From Octopus sinensis (Eukaryota): a DNA stretch of 50,339 nt. The position numbers and the translations under genes were made by a program. Where the stretch lies: positions 1 through 50,339 of the forward strand of contig NW_021834196.1 of the NCBI RefSeq assembly GCF_006345805.1, in the 5' to 3' direction. Shown here piece after piece: positions 1 through 12,089 of the stretch; position 1 is the first letter of the stretch, and the number at the start of each line of letters is the position of its first letter. The notes under the pieces are model-generated. The model made no database searches and was not told the origin of the DNA. It saw only the letters and a list, made by a program, of their open reading frames with translations.

Positions 1-544
1 CATCTTTAATCATAAGTGCTTTATTCACAAAATTACGCATTCAGCAAGCACACGTATAGATATTGGATTTTTCTTCATCCTATTTCTGCGTAATTTTAAA
101 AAATTCTTTATGTTCAACGGAATAGTTATTTTAAAAGAAAGATAACATGAGTTTAAGCGGTGAAAAATAATTTACAAAAAAAAAAAAAAATATACAAAAA
201 AGAAAATAGAATGAAAGAAAAATACGCACACATACACACACACACATATATACACATATATATACATATGTATACATCATATGTATTTATCCTTTTATCT
301 ATTTATCTTAGTGCTCAGCCGTACGTACATATGTATATATTATTGGATTTATTTTAAAAGTCATCCGAGCCTCAGCATAAATTATTTGAGTCAAAGTTTA
401 AAAAACAAAAACTCTAACCAAGCGTTTTGTTTTTATCTTGTATTAGACTCATTCTTCAGTATGCTGTTTCTGGTTTTACATACATACACACATAAATACA
501 GATACGCACATTCATACACATACGTTCATACACACATAAATACA

Positions 545-571
545 TATGCATATATATATATATATATATAC

Positions 572-614
<43 letters not shown>

Positions 615-686
615 TATATTATATATATATATACATACACACACAGAACACACACACAGACACACACACACCACACACACACACAC

Positions 687-725
<39 letters not shown>

Positions 726-800
726 GCATACATGCATGCCTCCATACATACATACATATATATATACATACATACATACATACATACATACATACATACA
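545..800. repeat. Compound (TA)n/(CA)n/(TACA)n microsatellite
   Basis: Direct reading; explains the overlapping YIYI/HTHT ORFs. Confidence 0.95.
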
Positions 801-1173
801 TACAGTTGTTTTTGTTTTTTCGCTTGGTAACTTCAGAATAGTTTCGTCTGTGCAAGTTCTATCTTGAATACGTTATAAATTGCCAATACAATAGGTAAAC
901 ATTCCCTGTTGTTGTTGTTTATTTTATCTTTTCCAAACATCTTTTATTTGCCATAATTGTAAGAGATAAATATTACGATAAAGTCAGTGTGTTCAAGACA
1001 ATGAAAACGAGGCCAAAGTGTAATAGCGAAGCGAAACGAAAACAATAACAAGGACAAAATCGTCTGACAACTACAGAAGAATTAATAACGATATAGTAAC
1101 AGGACAATGTTAACGACGAAGTAAAATGGAAAAGAAAAACGTATGAATAGAAATAAAAGTAAAGAAGACAATA

Positions 1174-1582
1174 GGCGCAGGAGTGGCTGTGTGGTAAGTA
1201 GCTTGTTTATCAACCACATGGTTCCGGGTTCAGTCCCACTGCGTGGCGCCTTGGGCAAGTGTCTTCTACTATAGCCTCAAGCCGACCAAAGCCTTGTGAG
1301 TGGATTTGGGACGCGGAAACTGAAAGAAGCCTGTCGTATATATGTATATATATATATGCGTGTGTGTGTTTGTGGGTCTGTGTTTGTCCCTCTACCATTG
1401 CTTGACAACCGATGCTGGTGTGTTTATGTCCCCGTCACTTAGCGGTTCGGCAAAAGAGACCGATAGAATAAGTACTGGGTTTACAAAAGAATAAGCCCCC
1501 CGGGGCCGAGTTGCTCGATTAAAGGCGGTGCTCCAGCATGGCCGCAGTCAAATGACTGAAACAAGTAAAAGAGTAAAGAGTA
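1174..1582 (+). mobile_element. tRNA-derived SINE family A, full length
   Basis: Head GGCGCAGGAGTGGCTGTGTGGTAAG with B-box-like GGGTTCAGTCCC, CCTTGGGCAAGTGTC body, internal (TA)/(TG) tract, tail GCAGTCAAATGACTGAAACAAGTAAAAGAG; many copies in window. Confidence 0.9.
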
Positions 1583-1687
1583 ATAAGACAAAGAGGACTA
1601 AGAAGAAGGAGGAGAATGAAAATGAAAAGATGGACAAGAAGAAGAACAACAGCAACTACAGCAGCTACAGCAACAACAGCAACAGTG

Positions 1688-1770
1688 GAGGTGTAGTGGT
1701 TAGGGCAGCGGTTTCGATTCCCTATTGCGCAAAAAACACCTAAGCTCCACGAGGCACCGACGTGGGGGGG
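1688..1770 (+). mobile_element. SINE family B degenerate head fragment
   Basis: GTGGTTAGGGCAGCGG..TTTCGATTCCC..AAAACACCTAAGCTCCACGAGG matches 6351 copy with deletions. Confidence 0.6.
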
Positions 1771-2325
1771 GTTGTTATTAAGCAGCAAGATGGATAAGAG
1801 TGATTAGGTGATGGTCTAGGGCTTAGGGACAGGAGACCCCAGACCTTGGAAAAAAAAAAAACTTTGGTCGACTTGTAGTCGAGGGCTCTACGTTGACGCC
1901 CGACACCTTTGGGAGGTGGCCCTCGAAGTCGCTGGAAATGGAGATCTGTAGGTCCAAATTCTTGAACTGCGGGGTGGTGGTGGTGAACCCTGCAGTACTC
2001 TTCCACCACAGCTTCCTCTCACTCTTTCTTCCTACTTCTTCCACAAAGCAGAGGGACCATGGTGTAACCCACTATGGTGTGGTAAACTTTCAGACCCTAG
2101 TCTAGATTGCGAATCCTCTGTACCCCAGGATGGTTCAGCTCTCCACCCATTAAAAGCCACCGTTTACGAAATGAGGATAACAATGTAGCTTTCGCGCCCG
2201 TGCAACCACCAGTCTATCGCGTGTGGTGGGTGGATCTTCAAGTTGCCACACACATTCTTATTAGCTTAGAGTAGGCTCGAATTAGAGATTATTCTTTGTG
2301 GCTAATGGCGTGAGTCCTGATTGGA

Positions 2326-2440
2326 AGAAGAAGAAGAAGAAGAAGAAGAAGAAGAAGAAGAAGAAGAAGAAGAAGAAGAAGAAGAAGAAGAAGAAGAAGA
2401 AGAAGAAGAGAAGAAGGAGAAGGAGAAGAAGAAGAAGACA
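2326..2440. repeat. (GAA)n microsatellite
   Basis: Direct reading; source of the poly-Ser ORF. Confidence 0.95.
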
Positions 2441-3000
2441 ACAGCAAGATTTACGAGCAAGTGGCCACCATAATTAAAGTACCTGTAATTAACTACTATA
2501 GCAGCACTTAGACATCGGGATGAAAAAGGGATAAGATATGAATAACGTTGAACAATTATCACTGAAGGTGATATACCCCAATGGGATTAGCATTTACGAC
2601 TAAGATACAACTAGCAAGCACCAAACTAGGAAAGATATATCTACCTTGCTAGTACTTGGAGAAAGTCCGTGCTCGGACCGGTTTTCTTTTAAGTGGGAAG
2701 CTTGTACACCTCCGTAACCAAGAGGACTGTACCTCTGGGGGCTATTGAACCTAAGAGGCTGATGTTAGGGTATAGGCTAGCTCACAGAGTGGTGCCTGGT
2801 CTTCCACGTTAGGAATTGGACATGCAGTTAACAAATCACCCCCATATTGCTTCATCTTGCTGCACAAACAGCAACAAATGCAAATTCGAAGGAAGCATTA
2901 AATGGGTGAAATTCGTTATAGCGATAAGATTAAAAAATCTAGACTCAGCAATTCCACTACTGTTACTGGACACTTTTCTTCCGCTACTGATATGATTTTG

Positions 3001-3415
3001 GGATCTTTTCGGTTTGAACGGCAGTTTTTTCTAGCGGTGTCATATGAAATTGTCATCCATAATTATGACCCTAGTATCGATCTATTGCATTTCTATCTGT
3101 TTTAGGGTTAGGGTTAGGAGTGGGGGAAGGCTATCTTTTTTTCTTCACAAATGTAAATAAACCCAATCTGTTTCTTAAACGAGGGACATATTCATATGGC
3201 ACAGAATGTTATTTACCTCAATGGACGTAATTGATTGGTTGAAATTGCAGAAATTGAAGAAAAAAACCCAACAAATCTTACAAACTATAGAATTTTCTCA
3301 ATAAAGTCAAGAGAAAAAGATGCTTTATAAACACATTCTACCAGTATACGAAGTTTAAAATTTTTTAGTTACCCAGAAATTATGTTAAAAACTGCCGTTC
3401 AAGCCGAAAAGATCC
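3001..3415 (+). mobile_element. MITE family 1 (GGATCTTTTCGG ends), 8-bp TSD
   Basis: TIR GGATCTTTTCGGTTTGAACGGCAGTTTT / AAAACTGCCGTTCAAGCCGAAAAGATCC; TGATTTTG on both flanks; internal TTAGGGTTAGGGTTAGG. Confidence 0.93.
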
Positions 3416-4772
3416 TGATTTTGTGCTTTTTAGCATAATACGTCATGCAGTGTCGAGACATATACCGCAGTTTTGTGGTTTTCTACATTATATCCACATT
3501 AAGAAATCGTATGGCTGTTTTGAACTAAATCAGCTTTTGTTGCTAATAATGATTTATTTCCCAGCCTGCAACCTATTTGCGACACTAGTGATTTGTTAAT
3601 CACTGTTTTTCTCTATTAGTACAGGCTAAATTTGTCTAAACATGCGGTTGCTAGTACATATTAGCTGATGATGATCCTAAAGGAAGCAGGAATCAAGATT
3701 TAGCAATTCTATCGTCGCTACTGGAGGAAACTTTTCATCTGCTACTATGTTAGGAATCTGATTTGAAGAGTATTGGCAATTCTGTTGGCCTTTAGTTAAC
3801 TGATACCTATCCCATGGGCCCCACTCGGATGATAGGCAAAGTCAAACAACGTTAAAATGTAAAGAATGCAACCAAATACTACTTGGTATTTTGGTCGAGG
3901 TTCTACCAATCCTTACATTTACCATCGTAAACAACAACAGGCTAATAGAACCAGATGGATATAGCAACCAAATTTCATTTCAAGGAAGCTTTTGATAATA
4001 CATTTCGATGTACACACGACAATAAAAAAAAAGAAAAGAAAAAGAAAAAAGACGAGATGGTTATGGCTGGAACATCGTTCGTCATTGGCCTATTGGATCA
4101 AAGCTGACTTGTAACTTGACAATTATAACAACAGTTCCACCAAACAGAACTCAAACCCCATATCTATCGGTTGCTCATTACACTACAAATCGCCTGACTC
4201 TTCAATTTATTTTTCCATGTCAAAATCTTATTACTTGAGAACTCTTATTTTGTAATATCTTTGAACTTTCGACCCGAATTAACTTGGAATATTTGAGAAT
4301 ACCGTTCATTCATCTACCATCACAGGTGAAACTGAAGATTACAGGTAGATACAGTAGACAAAAGAACTACAGTATTAATGAGCAAATGTTTAGCTTTGTA
4401 GTTAATGATTAAGAGATTAGCTTACACATTATTTTAATGAAGACACAACTCACTTTGTTCGCTGTGTAAGGTGACAGGGTTATATAAAATAGGATTTTTT
4501 TTCGTTAATACTTAATCACAGACATGCATACATACAAAAGCATAAATTCCTGTAGATATTTCAGTTGTATACAATTTGATTTATATAGAGACATGTATAT
4601 AAAATAATCATCATCATCAACAACAACAATAACACACACGCACTCCGCCACGCACATTAACACACACTTTGAAGCCGAGAGACACAATTTCGCCAACTCA
4701 TACTTAATGTTTCACGCAACCGTTCATTTGACAACAGCGAAACTTCAGATTGTGTTATTTTGAACTCCCTTA

Positions 4773-4812
4773 ACTGGCCGATGAATGGTTATATGAAACT
4801 CTGAGTAACAGT
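4773..4812 (+). ncRNA. Decayed minimal hammerhead-like motif
   Basis: ACTGG-CCGATGA-ATG gtta TAT-GAAA-CTCTGAG-T-A-ACAGT: core has U4C, helix I has a 2.1/1.1 mismatch, weak helix II. Confidence 0.35.
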
Positions 4813-5264
4813 GTGTGAAGTTTTTGTTTTTCCAGCTACTATAAAATAGTATTTTACTCTACATTTGGTATTCGAGTACTATTTTCTCAACCATGTATTT
4901 TTCAAAAGTTAACACAGCAATATGATTTCGATTCGCAGTTGGACGAATTTTAATTAAAAGTAAAAAACAATATAGGAAAGACGTGCTTCTCATAAATATT
5001 TCTATTTATTCTATCAATAAATATATGTCCACAAGGCCATTTATATTAAGCCGACGCTTCGTTCTTTAATTCCTTGTTTCTGAAGAGCATGCCGAGGAAC
5101 TCAGATTATTGATGTCGTGAAAACCTAGTTTTGAGTGAAGGAATAAATTCTATTCTCTGTATTAAGTATATTCACATTTATTCTAAACGTGTGTGTGCAT
5201 ATGTAAATATATATGCATATGAAATCTGTCAAAGTAAAAACAGAACAGTGAATGTAGTTAAAAG

Positions 5265-5675
5265 CAAGTGATCGAAGTTAGCATTCCCGATCAGACTGTC
5301 GGGTGTAGTTTCGAAACTGCTGGTCACAGCACGCCGTTCATTCCTCTCTGGATCGAGCTTTCTCATCCACATCGCTCCAAACGCTTGTCCCGTTTTGAAG
5401 TCCTTCCGAGTGACCTCTTCCGCTCGCGTGGATGCCACTTGACAAATGCGTGAGTCCACTCACTGATTGTCAGTGAACCGAGCCACGCGTCCAGCTTGTC
5501 TGAACTTCTGCCTGCTGTATTCGGTGATGATGTCTCTCACGCCAAATTTCTGTATGATCGCTTCTCTCCGGATGTGCTCTTTCAGCGACACTGCCTGCAT
5601 TCATCTTTCCCTAACTCTTTCAGCAGTTACCAGCCACTGGCCTAAATTTCGCTTCCGTTCAAAATTCCAGGTAAG
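5265..5675 (-). pseudogene. RTE-clade LINE ORF C-terminus and 3' UTR, decayed
   Basis: Minus strand gives VSLKEHIRREAIIQKFGVRDIITEYSRQKFRQAGRVARFTDNQ, then after a stop/frameshift WTHAFVKWHPRERKRSLGR, matching the RTE post-RT motif (DHIR..WAGHVAR..RWT..W.PR..KR..GRP). Confidence 0.85.
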
Positions 5676-5677
5676 CG

Positions 5678-5721
<44 letters not shown>

Positions 5722-5729
5722 GTATATAT

Positions 5730-6004
5730 GGAGGCGCAATGGCCCAGTGGTTTGGAACATCGCGGTCGTAGGATCGCGGTTTCGATTCCCTGACCGGGCG
5801 TTGTGAGTGTTTATTGAGCGAAAACACCTAAAGCTCCACGAGGTTCCGGCAGGGGATGGTGACGATCCCTGCTGTGCTCTTTCGCCACAAATTTCTCTCA
5901 CTCTTTCTTCTGTTGGCCTGCTCGCTTGAAGGCTAAAACAATGCGAAGCACATTGTGACTAGCGATGTGTAGCAACATCTGATTGCCTGGTCGGTTACCC
6001 TGCG

Positions 6005-6006
<2 letters not shown>
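5730..6006 (+). mobile_element. SINE family B with tail type 1
   Basis: GGAGGCGCAATGGCCCAGTGG head, GGTTTCGATTCCC B box, tail GAAGGCTAAAACAATGCG..AGCAACATCTGA, ends in (TA)n; near-identical to 39211 copy. Confidence 0.9.
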
Positions 6007-6038
<32 letters not shown>

Positions 6039-6350
6039 ATTCAATAATGTTATGATTGTGTGAGGCATGCATAAGAGTTAGAAAATACTGGAGAATAGCA
6101 TTTATAGAGTAATTACATATCAAAAGAGGATAGTGGAAACATTTTTGGTATTATTTTTTCATCATTACTCGTGTTTCGTTTACTAATAGGAGTTGCAAAA
6201 TCGTACCTGTAGGACAAACATGTAAGATATCTTCTATTAGAAATAATTCAGACAGAGAATCAAATAATAGTAATAAAATATTATTTGATTCTTGCCAGAA
6301 GGATTTCAAATAGGAGATGTTTTACATGATTTTCCTACATGCATGATTTT

Positions 6351-6660
6351 GTGTGGAGGCGCAATGGCCCAGTGGTTAGGGCAGCGGACTCGCGGTCGGA
6401 GGATCGCGGTTTCGATTCCCAGACCGGGCGTTGTGTGTGTTTATTGAGCGAAAACACCTAAAGCTCCACGAGGCTCCCGCAGGGGGTGATGGCGACCCCT
6501 GTTGTACTATTTCGCTCAACTTTCTCTCACTCTTTCTTCCTGTTTCTTGAGTAACGCTGCGACGGCCTGGCGTCCCGTACAGCTAGGGGGAACACATACG
6601 CAACAGAAACCGGGAAACCGAGTCCATGAGCCTGACTGGGCTTGAAAAGGGGTGCATAAA
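6351..6660 (+). mobile_element. SINE family B head with tail type 2 (shared with family C)
   Basis: Same head and body as 5730 up to CTCTTTCTTC, then TGAGTAACGCTGCGACGG..GAAACCGGGAAACCG..CATGAGCCTG, the reverse complement of 48115-48220. Confidence 0.85.
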
Positions 6661-7298
6661 TAATAAATTACAACGATTTTGTAGCTCCTATTAGCAAATG
6701 AAACGTGTGTAATGGGGAATAAATAATAGCAAACTTTTTTAATCTCCAGTTTTGGTACATGTGTACATTCATACAAACATACATTCACAATGAAGAGCAA
6801 CGTATTGGTTTACTGCTTAAAAGGAGAACAGGAAATAAACTTTGAACCTTCGGATGGTTGAATTTTCTGAAAAAAAAGAGGAAATATACTAAGAGAAAAT
6901 GCGCGCGAGTGTATGTGTATATGTGCGACGTGTGTATGTGTACATGTGTGTGAGTGTGTGTGTGGGAAAACTTATATAAAAATAAGAAAATAGAGAAAAG
7001 GAAAGGAGGAGAAATGAAATAAGGAAGGTGAAAATGTCTACACAAGTAAAGAGATGAAAAGAAAGAATAGGGAAGTAAAAATGGAAATGAAAAGGAAAGG
7101 TAAAGAAACAGGATGTCATGGGAGGTTAGTGTGGTATAGAAATAGTGAAGAGATATCCACTGAAAATCCATGGCTGATTCGAACGAAAAGTTCTGTAGTG
7201 GAGATCAAAGTTAGCGTTCCCAGATCGAAAGAAAGTTCGCGTAGGCCTTGATTATATAATGTAGCCTTCGTATAAACCTACAAAAGAAGAAATAAGCG

Positions 7299-7590
7299 TA
7301 CATACATACATGATGGCTGCCCCCTCGTTATCGAGTATGGCCATTGCACGAAGCTTAACTGTTACTGGTGCTGTGATCGAATGTGACTTTTTAGCCCAGC
7401 TAAAGATCTACGATGTCTTGTACAAAATTGGCAACTAAAACCTTTACCGGTAATAGCCGGCTGTAGTTGTAATGGGCTTCATATACCTTTGCATGTCGTT
7501 TAAGTCCTCCTGCCGAATTACACTCTCTTCCACATGCCCGACAGATATGATTAGTATGGTGTGTTATACAACCACCAGTGGCCAGGTTGT
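7299..7590 (-). pseudogene. RTE-like LINE 3' end with two C2H2 fingers, 3' UTR and (ATGT)n tail
   Basis: HICRACGRECNSAGGLKRHAKV, then in a shifted frame CQFCTRHRRSLAGLKSHIRSQH-stop, UTR GGCCATACTCGATAACGAGGGGGCAGCCATC and short tandem tail. Confidence 0.75.
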
Positions 7591-7594
7591 CACT

Positions 7595-7700
7595 CATCTT
7601 CCTATGATGCTGACATGCAGTGTCTGTGCAAGACCCTATCTCAGTAAAGCTGGACTCAAGAGTCATCTTTGTAGTCATAAAGCAAGACATACATATATAC
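7595..7700 (+). pseudogene. Second RTE-like 3' end (C2H2 finger), opposite orientation
   Basis: LTCSVCARPYLSKAGLKSHLCSH followed by (ACAT)n. Confidence 0.65.
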
Positions 7701-8018
7701 ATACATAAACGCTTATAAATATACAGGGTTGGACCAAAGTCACCCGACAGTAGATCAAAATTCCATAAATACTATATGTAATTCTGTATTGACTCGAATG
7801 GAATAATGTATCGTTCAAGAAGGACTTCTGTTTGAACAACTTTCATTCAGTTTCATGAAATTCACTCAGTTGTTAAACAAATAAATCTTGGAATTAAATG
7901 GTTTTGATTTACTGTCGGGTAACTTCTGGCCAACCCTGTATATATATATATATATATATATATACACCGATCCGGTGTTTTACTGTTCAAGTATCTGGTT
8001 CTCTTGAATCTTGAACTC

Positions 8019-8019
<1 letters not shown>

Positions 8020-8084
<65 letters not shown>

Positions 8085-8107
8085 ACCTATCTATCTATCT
8101 ATATATC

Positions 8108-8138
<31 letters not shown>

Positions 8139-8161
8139 CTGTCGTCTGTACATATAGTATG

Positions 8162-8206
<45 letters not shown>

Positions 8207-8335
8207 TATATATCACACATACACACACACACACACACAGATATATATATATATATAGAGAGAGAAAAAGTGAGAGACACTGAGAGAGAAAGAGAGAGGG
8301 AGAGAGAGAAATAGAAAGAGAGAGAATAGAAAATA
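8020..8335. repeat. (CTAT)n, (TA)n, (CA)n, (GA)n compound microsatellite
   Basis: Direct reading. Confidence 0.95.
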
Positions 8336-8344
8336 ACCACAAAA

Positions 8345-9070
8345 TGCCACAACATGGTTAGGGATGCAGGTACATGACTTAGATGTGACAATTAATGCAG
8401 GCTGTGTGGAAATAACATTGATGATGTTGCCGACATATTAAGTGGTTGTCCGAAATTGTCATAACGGTATTATGAGATAATACGTCGAGGCTAGAACCTT
8501 ATAAAACAAAATCCGTAGAAAAGATAATCCCGAGCTGACAAACATAAAGAAGCTAGGATGATGTGGTGGGGAGCATAACGGCGCATATGAAAGAATACAG
8601 GTGGGATATCCCTGCTAAAACTTCAGTAAATTGCATGCATGAGAGATAATTGTCAGGGACAGATAAAAGAAACTATGCACAAAAGCTGAAATCAGTCGCA
8701 CAGAAGATGTCTACATAATGTTAAAGACATGTGAAAAAGAAAACATTTATTTATCCAGCTCAAGGGGAAAACTGACAGTAAATGGAAATTTTGGAAGATG
8801 GCGACTGCGAAAAGGAGAGCTCTAAGGTTAGATAAATACTATGATAGACGTAAATCAATAAGAAACAAGTAGGTTCTATGGAGTGACAGTCAAAGGCAGA
8901 AGGGAAAACAAATGAAGATATAGCAATTTCGGAAGTAAAGGAGGAAAAGTCTACGATAAAGAACCTAGGGGACTGTACTATTGTGCGAACTGGAACAATT
9001 GATAACGTGGGAAAGTGCGCTGCAGAGAAGTTTTAGACTGAATGGAATATGACATATAGCCCCTCTCAGT
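8345..9070 (+). pseudogene. RLE-type non-LTR retrotransposon (R4/Dong/NeSL-like) C-terminal region, decayed
   Basis: CRLCGNNIDDVADILSGCPKL at 8396 (CCHC knuckle CxxC..(H)ILSGC), then EYRWDIPAKTSVNCMH and a degenerate PD..E endonuclease region with stops and frameshifts. Confidence 0.75.
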
Positions 9071-9332
9071 ATCAGTTAGGTGATACAAAAGTGGGACAGC
9101 AAAACATCCAGATACACGATACAAAGTAACAAGGACGGGTCATTCGAAGTTTTCTTTTCTCAGTCAAGCACCAGATTATCCTCGCAATTTCGGCTGATTA
9201 TACTTGAGAATGCTCCAATTTAGCCAGCAGCGAGGAAAAACTAAGCTAAGAGCATTAGATTCCTTGGAAGAAAGCAGCGAATGTATACAAAAAACAAGGA
9301 CGGAAAAAAACGGACAGTGTTACAGAAATACA

Positions 9333-9366
<34 letters not shown>

Positions 9367-9368
<2 letters not shown>

Positions 9369-9460
9369 CATCAGAGCATCACAACAAATCACAGCACATA
9401 CCCAAGGCACACAGAGCTGCGCTCGGTAGTGAAGTGAAAGCACGTTATAAAAATAAAACT
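9367..9460 (+). mobile_element. Probable non-LTR 3' UTR fragment inside (TAA)n
   Basis: Unique ~95-bp block flanked on both sides by (TAA)n; resembles an octopus LINE 3' end I recall; unverified. Confidence 0.4.
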
Positions 9461-9487
9461 ACTGAATAATAATAATAATAATAATAA

Positions 9488-9711
9488 TACTCTTTTACTT
9501 GTTTCAGTCATTTGACTGCGGCAATGCTGGAGCACCGCATTTAATCGAGCAAATCGACCCCGGGACTTATTCTTTGTAAGCCTAGTACTTATTCTATCGG
9601 TCTCTTTTGCCGAACCGCTATGTGACGGGGACATAAACACACCAGCATCGGTTGTCAAGCAATGCTAGGAGGACAAACACAGACACACAAACATACACGC
9701 ACACACACACA

Positions 9712-9744
<33 letters not shown>

Positions 9745-9906
9745 CATATATACGACGGGCTTCTTTCAGTTTCCGTCTACCAAATCCACTTACAAGGCTT
9801 TGGTCAATCCGAGGCTACAGTAGAAGACACTTGCCCAAGGTGCCATGTCGTGGGACTGAACCCGGAACCATGTGGTTGGTAAGCAAGCTACTTATCACAC
9901 AGCCAC
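9488..9906 (-). mobile_element. SINE family A inserted in (TAA)n
   Basis: Reverse complement of 1174 copy; (TAA)n on both sides. Confidence 0.9.
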
Positions 9907-9957
<51 letters not shown>

Positions 9958-10734
9958 GCAATAATGATAACAGAATATAACAACAGGTGTCTTTCGACTG
10001 GGGACGAATTGAGTTAAGCTGGCGTGTGTGGAAATGAAGCCTTACGGCAGAGATACGAGATTTCACAAATCTTGTATCTCCGTATACCTCAAAACTGTTT
10101 ACAACACGAACGAGAACAAGAATACTATCAACAACAAGCAACGAATGTAAGGACGACAACAACAACAGCAACAACAATGGTGACATCAACAAAAGTAACA
10201 ATGGCAGCAACAGTAATAAGAAGAACAAGAAGAGCTGCTACAGCGATAAGAATACGAAAATAAAAATAACACCACCAACCAACAAGCACAACATGAGCAA
10301 TAACAAACAGCAAGACTTAAGCCGAAAAGACTGGAAAACTTTCCCATAAATTAGCTAAGCAGGACAAGTCAGGCGCAGTTACGAGGCTAGATGCTGGTTC
10401 AACAGGAGTGGTTCCCACGGTTCTATCTACCTTAATAATTGACACCTGAAAGTTGAGCTACATTAAACGTCAAAGACACAGCTAGCGTGAAATTCTCTTC
10501 CTTTCTCTTTTTAAATTGTATTTAAAATAAATACATAAAAACAACTAGCAGGCAAAACAAGTAAACGAAAATATATATATAAAAAAAAAAAAGCTTTTCA
10601 CTCTTTCTTCTTCAACATTTTCTTTTCTTTTTTTTTAAAATTATTTATTTATTTTTTACTCTAGTTTATTTCCTTGTTACACCCAGAAAATAACGAGGGA
10701 GAAATAACAAATACAATAATACAAATAGTAGTTA

Positions 10735-10925
10735 CTAATTTTGGCACAAGGCCACACATTTTTCGAAGAGTTGGGAGTAGAGTGGGGCAGATGTATGTGT
10801 GTGTAGTCGATTAAATCGATTCCAGTACTTGACTGGGACTACGTTGTGTTTTTCCTTTTGGCTTCCCCAAAGGATGAAATAAAAAAAGCCAAACGCCAAG
10901 AAATTCGAACTCAGAACTCAAAGTA
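10735..10925 (-). mobile_element. SINE family D, degenerate
   Basis: GGCACAAGGCC..GTCGATTAAATCGA..AAAGGATGAAA..TTCGAACTCAGAAC motifs as in 41046-41269. Confidence 0.5.
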
Positions 10926-10959
10926 GTGCAACTAAGTACCACAATCTTCTCATTATTCT

Positions 10960-11183
10960 GATAGTTCCTTCCCCGAGTCATATAAACTCATAGGGCCATG
11001 TTTCCGGTTGCCATGGCGTATGTATTCCCCCACCTGGACGAGACGCTGGTCCATCGCCGGATTACTCACTTTTGCCAGCTGAGTGGACTGGAGCAACGTG
11101 AAATGAAGTGTTCTACTCAAGAACACAACGCGTCGCCCGGCCCATGATTCCAACACCCTAACCACTAAGCCATGTGCTTCCAC
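10960..11183 (-). mobile_element. SINE family C (tail type 2), internally deleted
   Basis: TTTTGCCAGCTGAGTGGACTGGAGCAACGTGAAATGAAGTG and CCCTAACCACTAAGCCA as in 48115-48361. Confidence 0.8.
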
Positions 11184-11400
11184 CCTTATTCTAATACCTA
11201 GAGAATATTTCCAGCGGTAATTAATTTCTGAAATAGACACAAGTGTATCTAATTTACCTATTTTCCTTGTACTTGGCAAATATTTCATTTTATCGTTCAT
11301 TAAACGATAAAAGGTTAAAGCGACAACATGGGATATTAATTTAAGACATAAAGTGGGCGGGGAGAGGGGGAAGGCATGAAACTAAATTTTGTGTTCTATA

Positions 11401-11475
11401 CTAGAGGCCCCCAAACTTGTTTTGCACCACGGACCTATTTCATGTATGACAGATTTTCCACGGACCGGGGGAAGC
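11401..11475 (+). mobile_element. hAT-Charlie (MER1/Charlie3-like) terminal fragment
   Basis: TAGAGGCCCCCAAACTTGTTTTGCACCACGGACC..ATTTTCCACGGACCGGGG resembles the Charlie3-type end CAGGGGTCCCCAA..GGCACC..ATTTTTCCACGGAC (from memory). Confidence 0.5.
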
Positions 11476-11564
11476 ACGCACATAACAAAACAATAGAGTA
11501 CATAATAAATAATTGAATTATTACATATATTATAGATTTATATAAATTTCAAATTTTTGAACAA

Positions 11565-11728
11565 GGCGTAGGAGTGGCTGTGTGGTAAGTAGCTTGCTTA
11601 CCAACTACATGGTTCTGGGTTCAGTCCCACTGCGTGGCACCTTGGGCAAGTGTCTTCCACTATAGCCACGGGCCAACCAAAGCCTTGTGAGTGGATATGG
11701 TAGACGGAAATTGAAAGAAGCCCGTCGT
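11565..11728 (+). mobile_element. SINE family A 5' half (interrupted)
   Basis: Head to GAAAGAAGCCCGTCG then (TA)n; 3' half resumes near 15590. Confidence 0.85.
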
Positions 11729-12037
11729 ATATATATATATATATATATATATACTTTCAACAATTGAGGGCAAAATTAATTAATTATTAATCAATTTCAC
11801 CAAGTGTTCAGTATGCAAAGGGACCATTCAAGGCGAATTCAAATTATTACATTATATAAAAGGGCTTAGTAAAATAATTACTTTGCCGCATACTGAACTC
11901 ATTAGAAATAGCAGCTAAAAAACTTTTTTAAAGCTATTTCTAATACTTAAAGGAAATCTCTCTCATATATAGTTTTTGCTTATTCAACTCAAAAGTTTGG
12001 GGGTAAGGACATCGAAAAATCAAATGCTAAGGTTATT

Positions 12038-12089
12038 TGAGAACGTACGTTTCAAGATTAGTCAAAACAACACTTCTATCATCATCTCA
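12038..12089 (-). ncRNA. Hammerhead-like motif, unit 1 (core C3A)
   Basis: Minus: TGAG-ATGATGA-..-GAAA-CGTACG-T-T-CTCA. Confidence 0.45.

Noticed and set aside
5078-5135. CTGAAGA..GAAA hammerhead-like spacing
   Set aside because: No helix I pairing and no 10.1-11.1 pair.
6160-6215. Minus-strand GAAACACGAGTA motif
   Set aside because: No recognisable CUGANGA core or helix I.
7400-7708. Host C2H2 zinc-finger gene
   Set aside because: Isolated fingers, frameshifted, followed by a LINE-type UTR and tandem tails.
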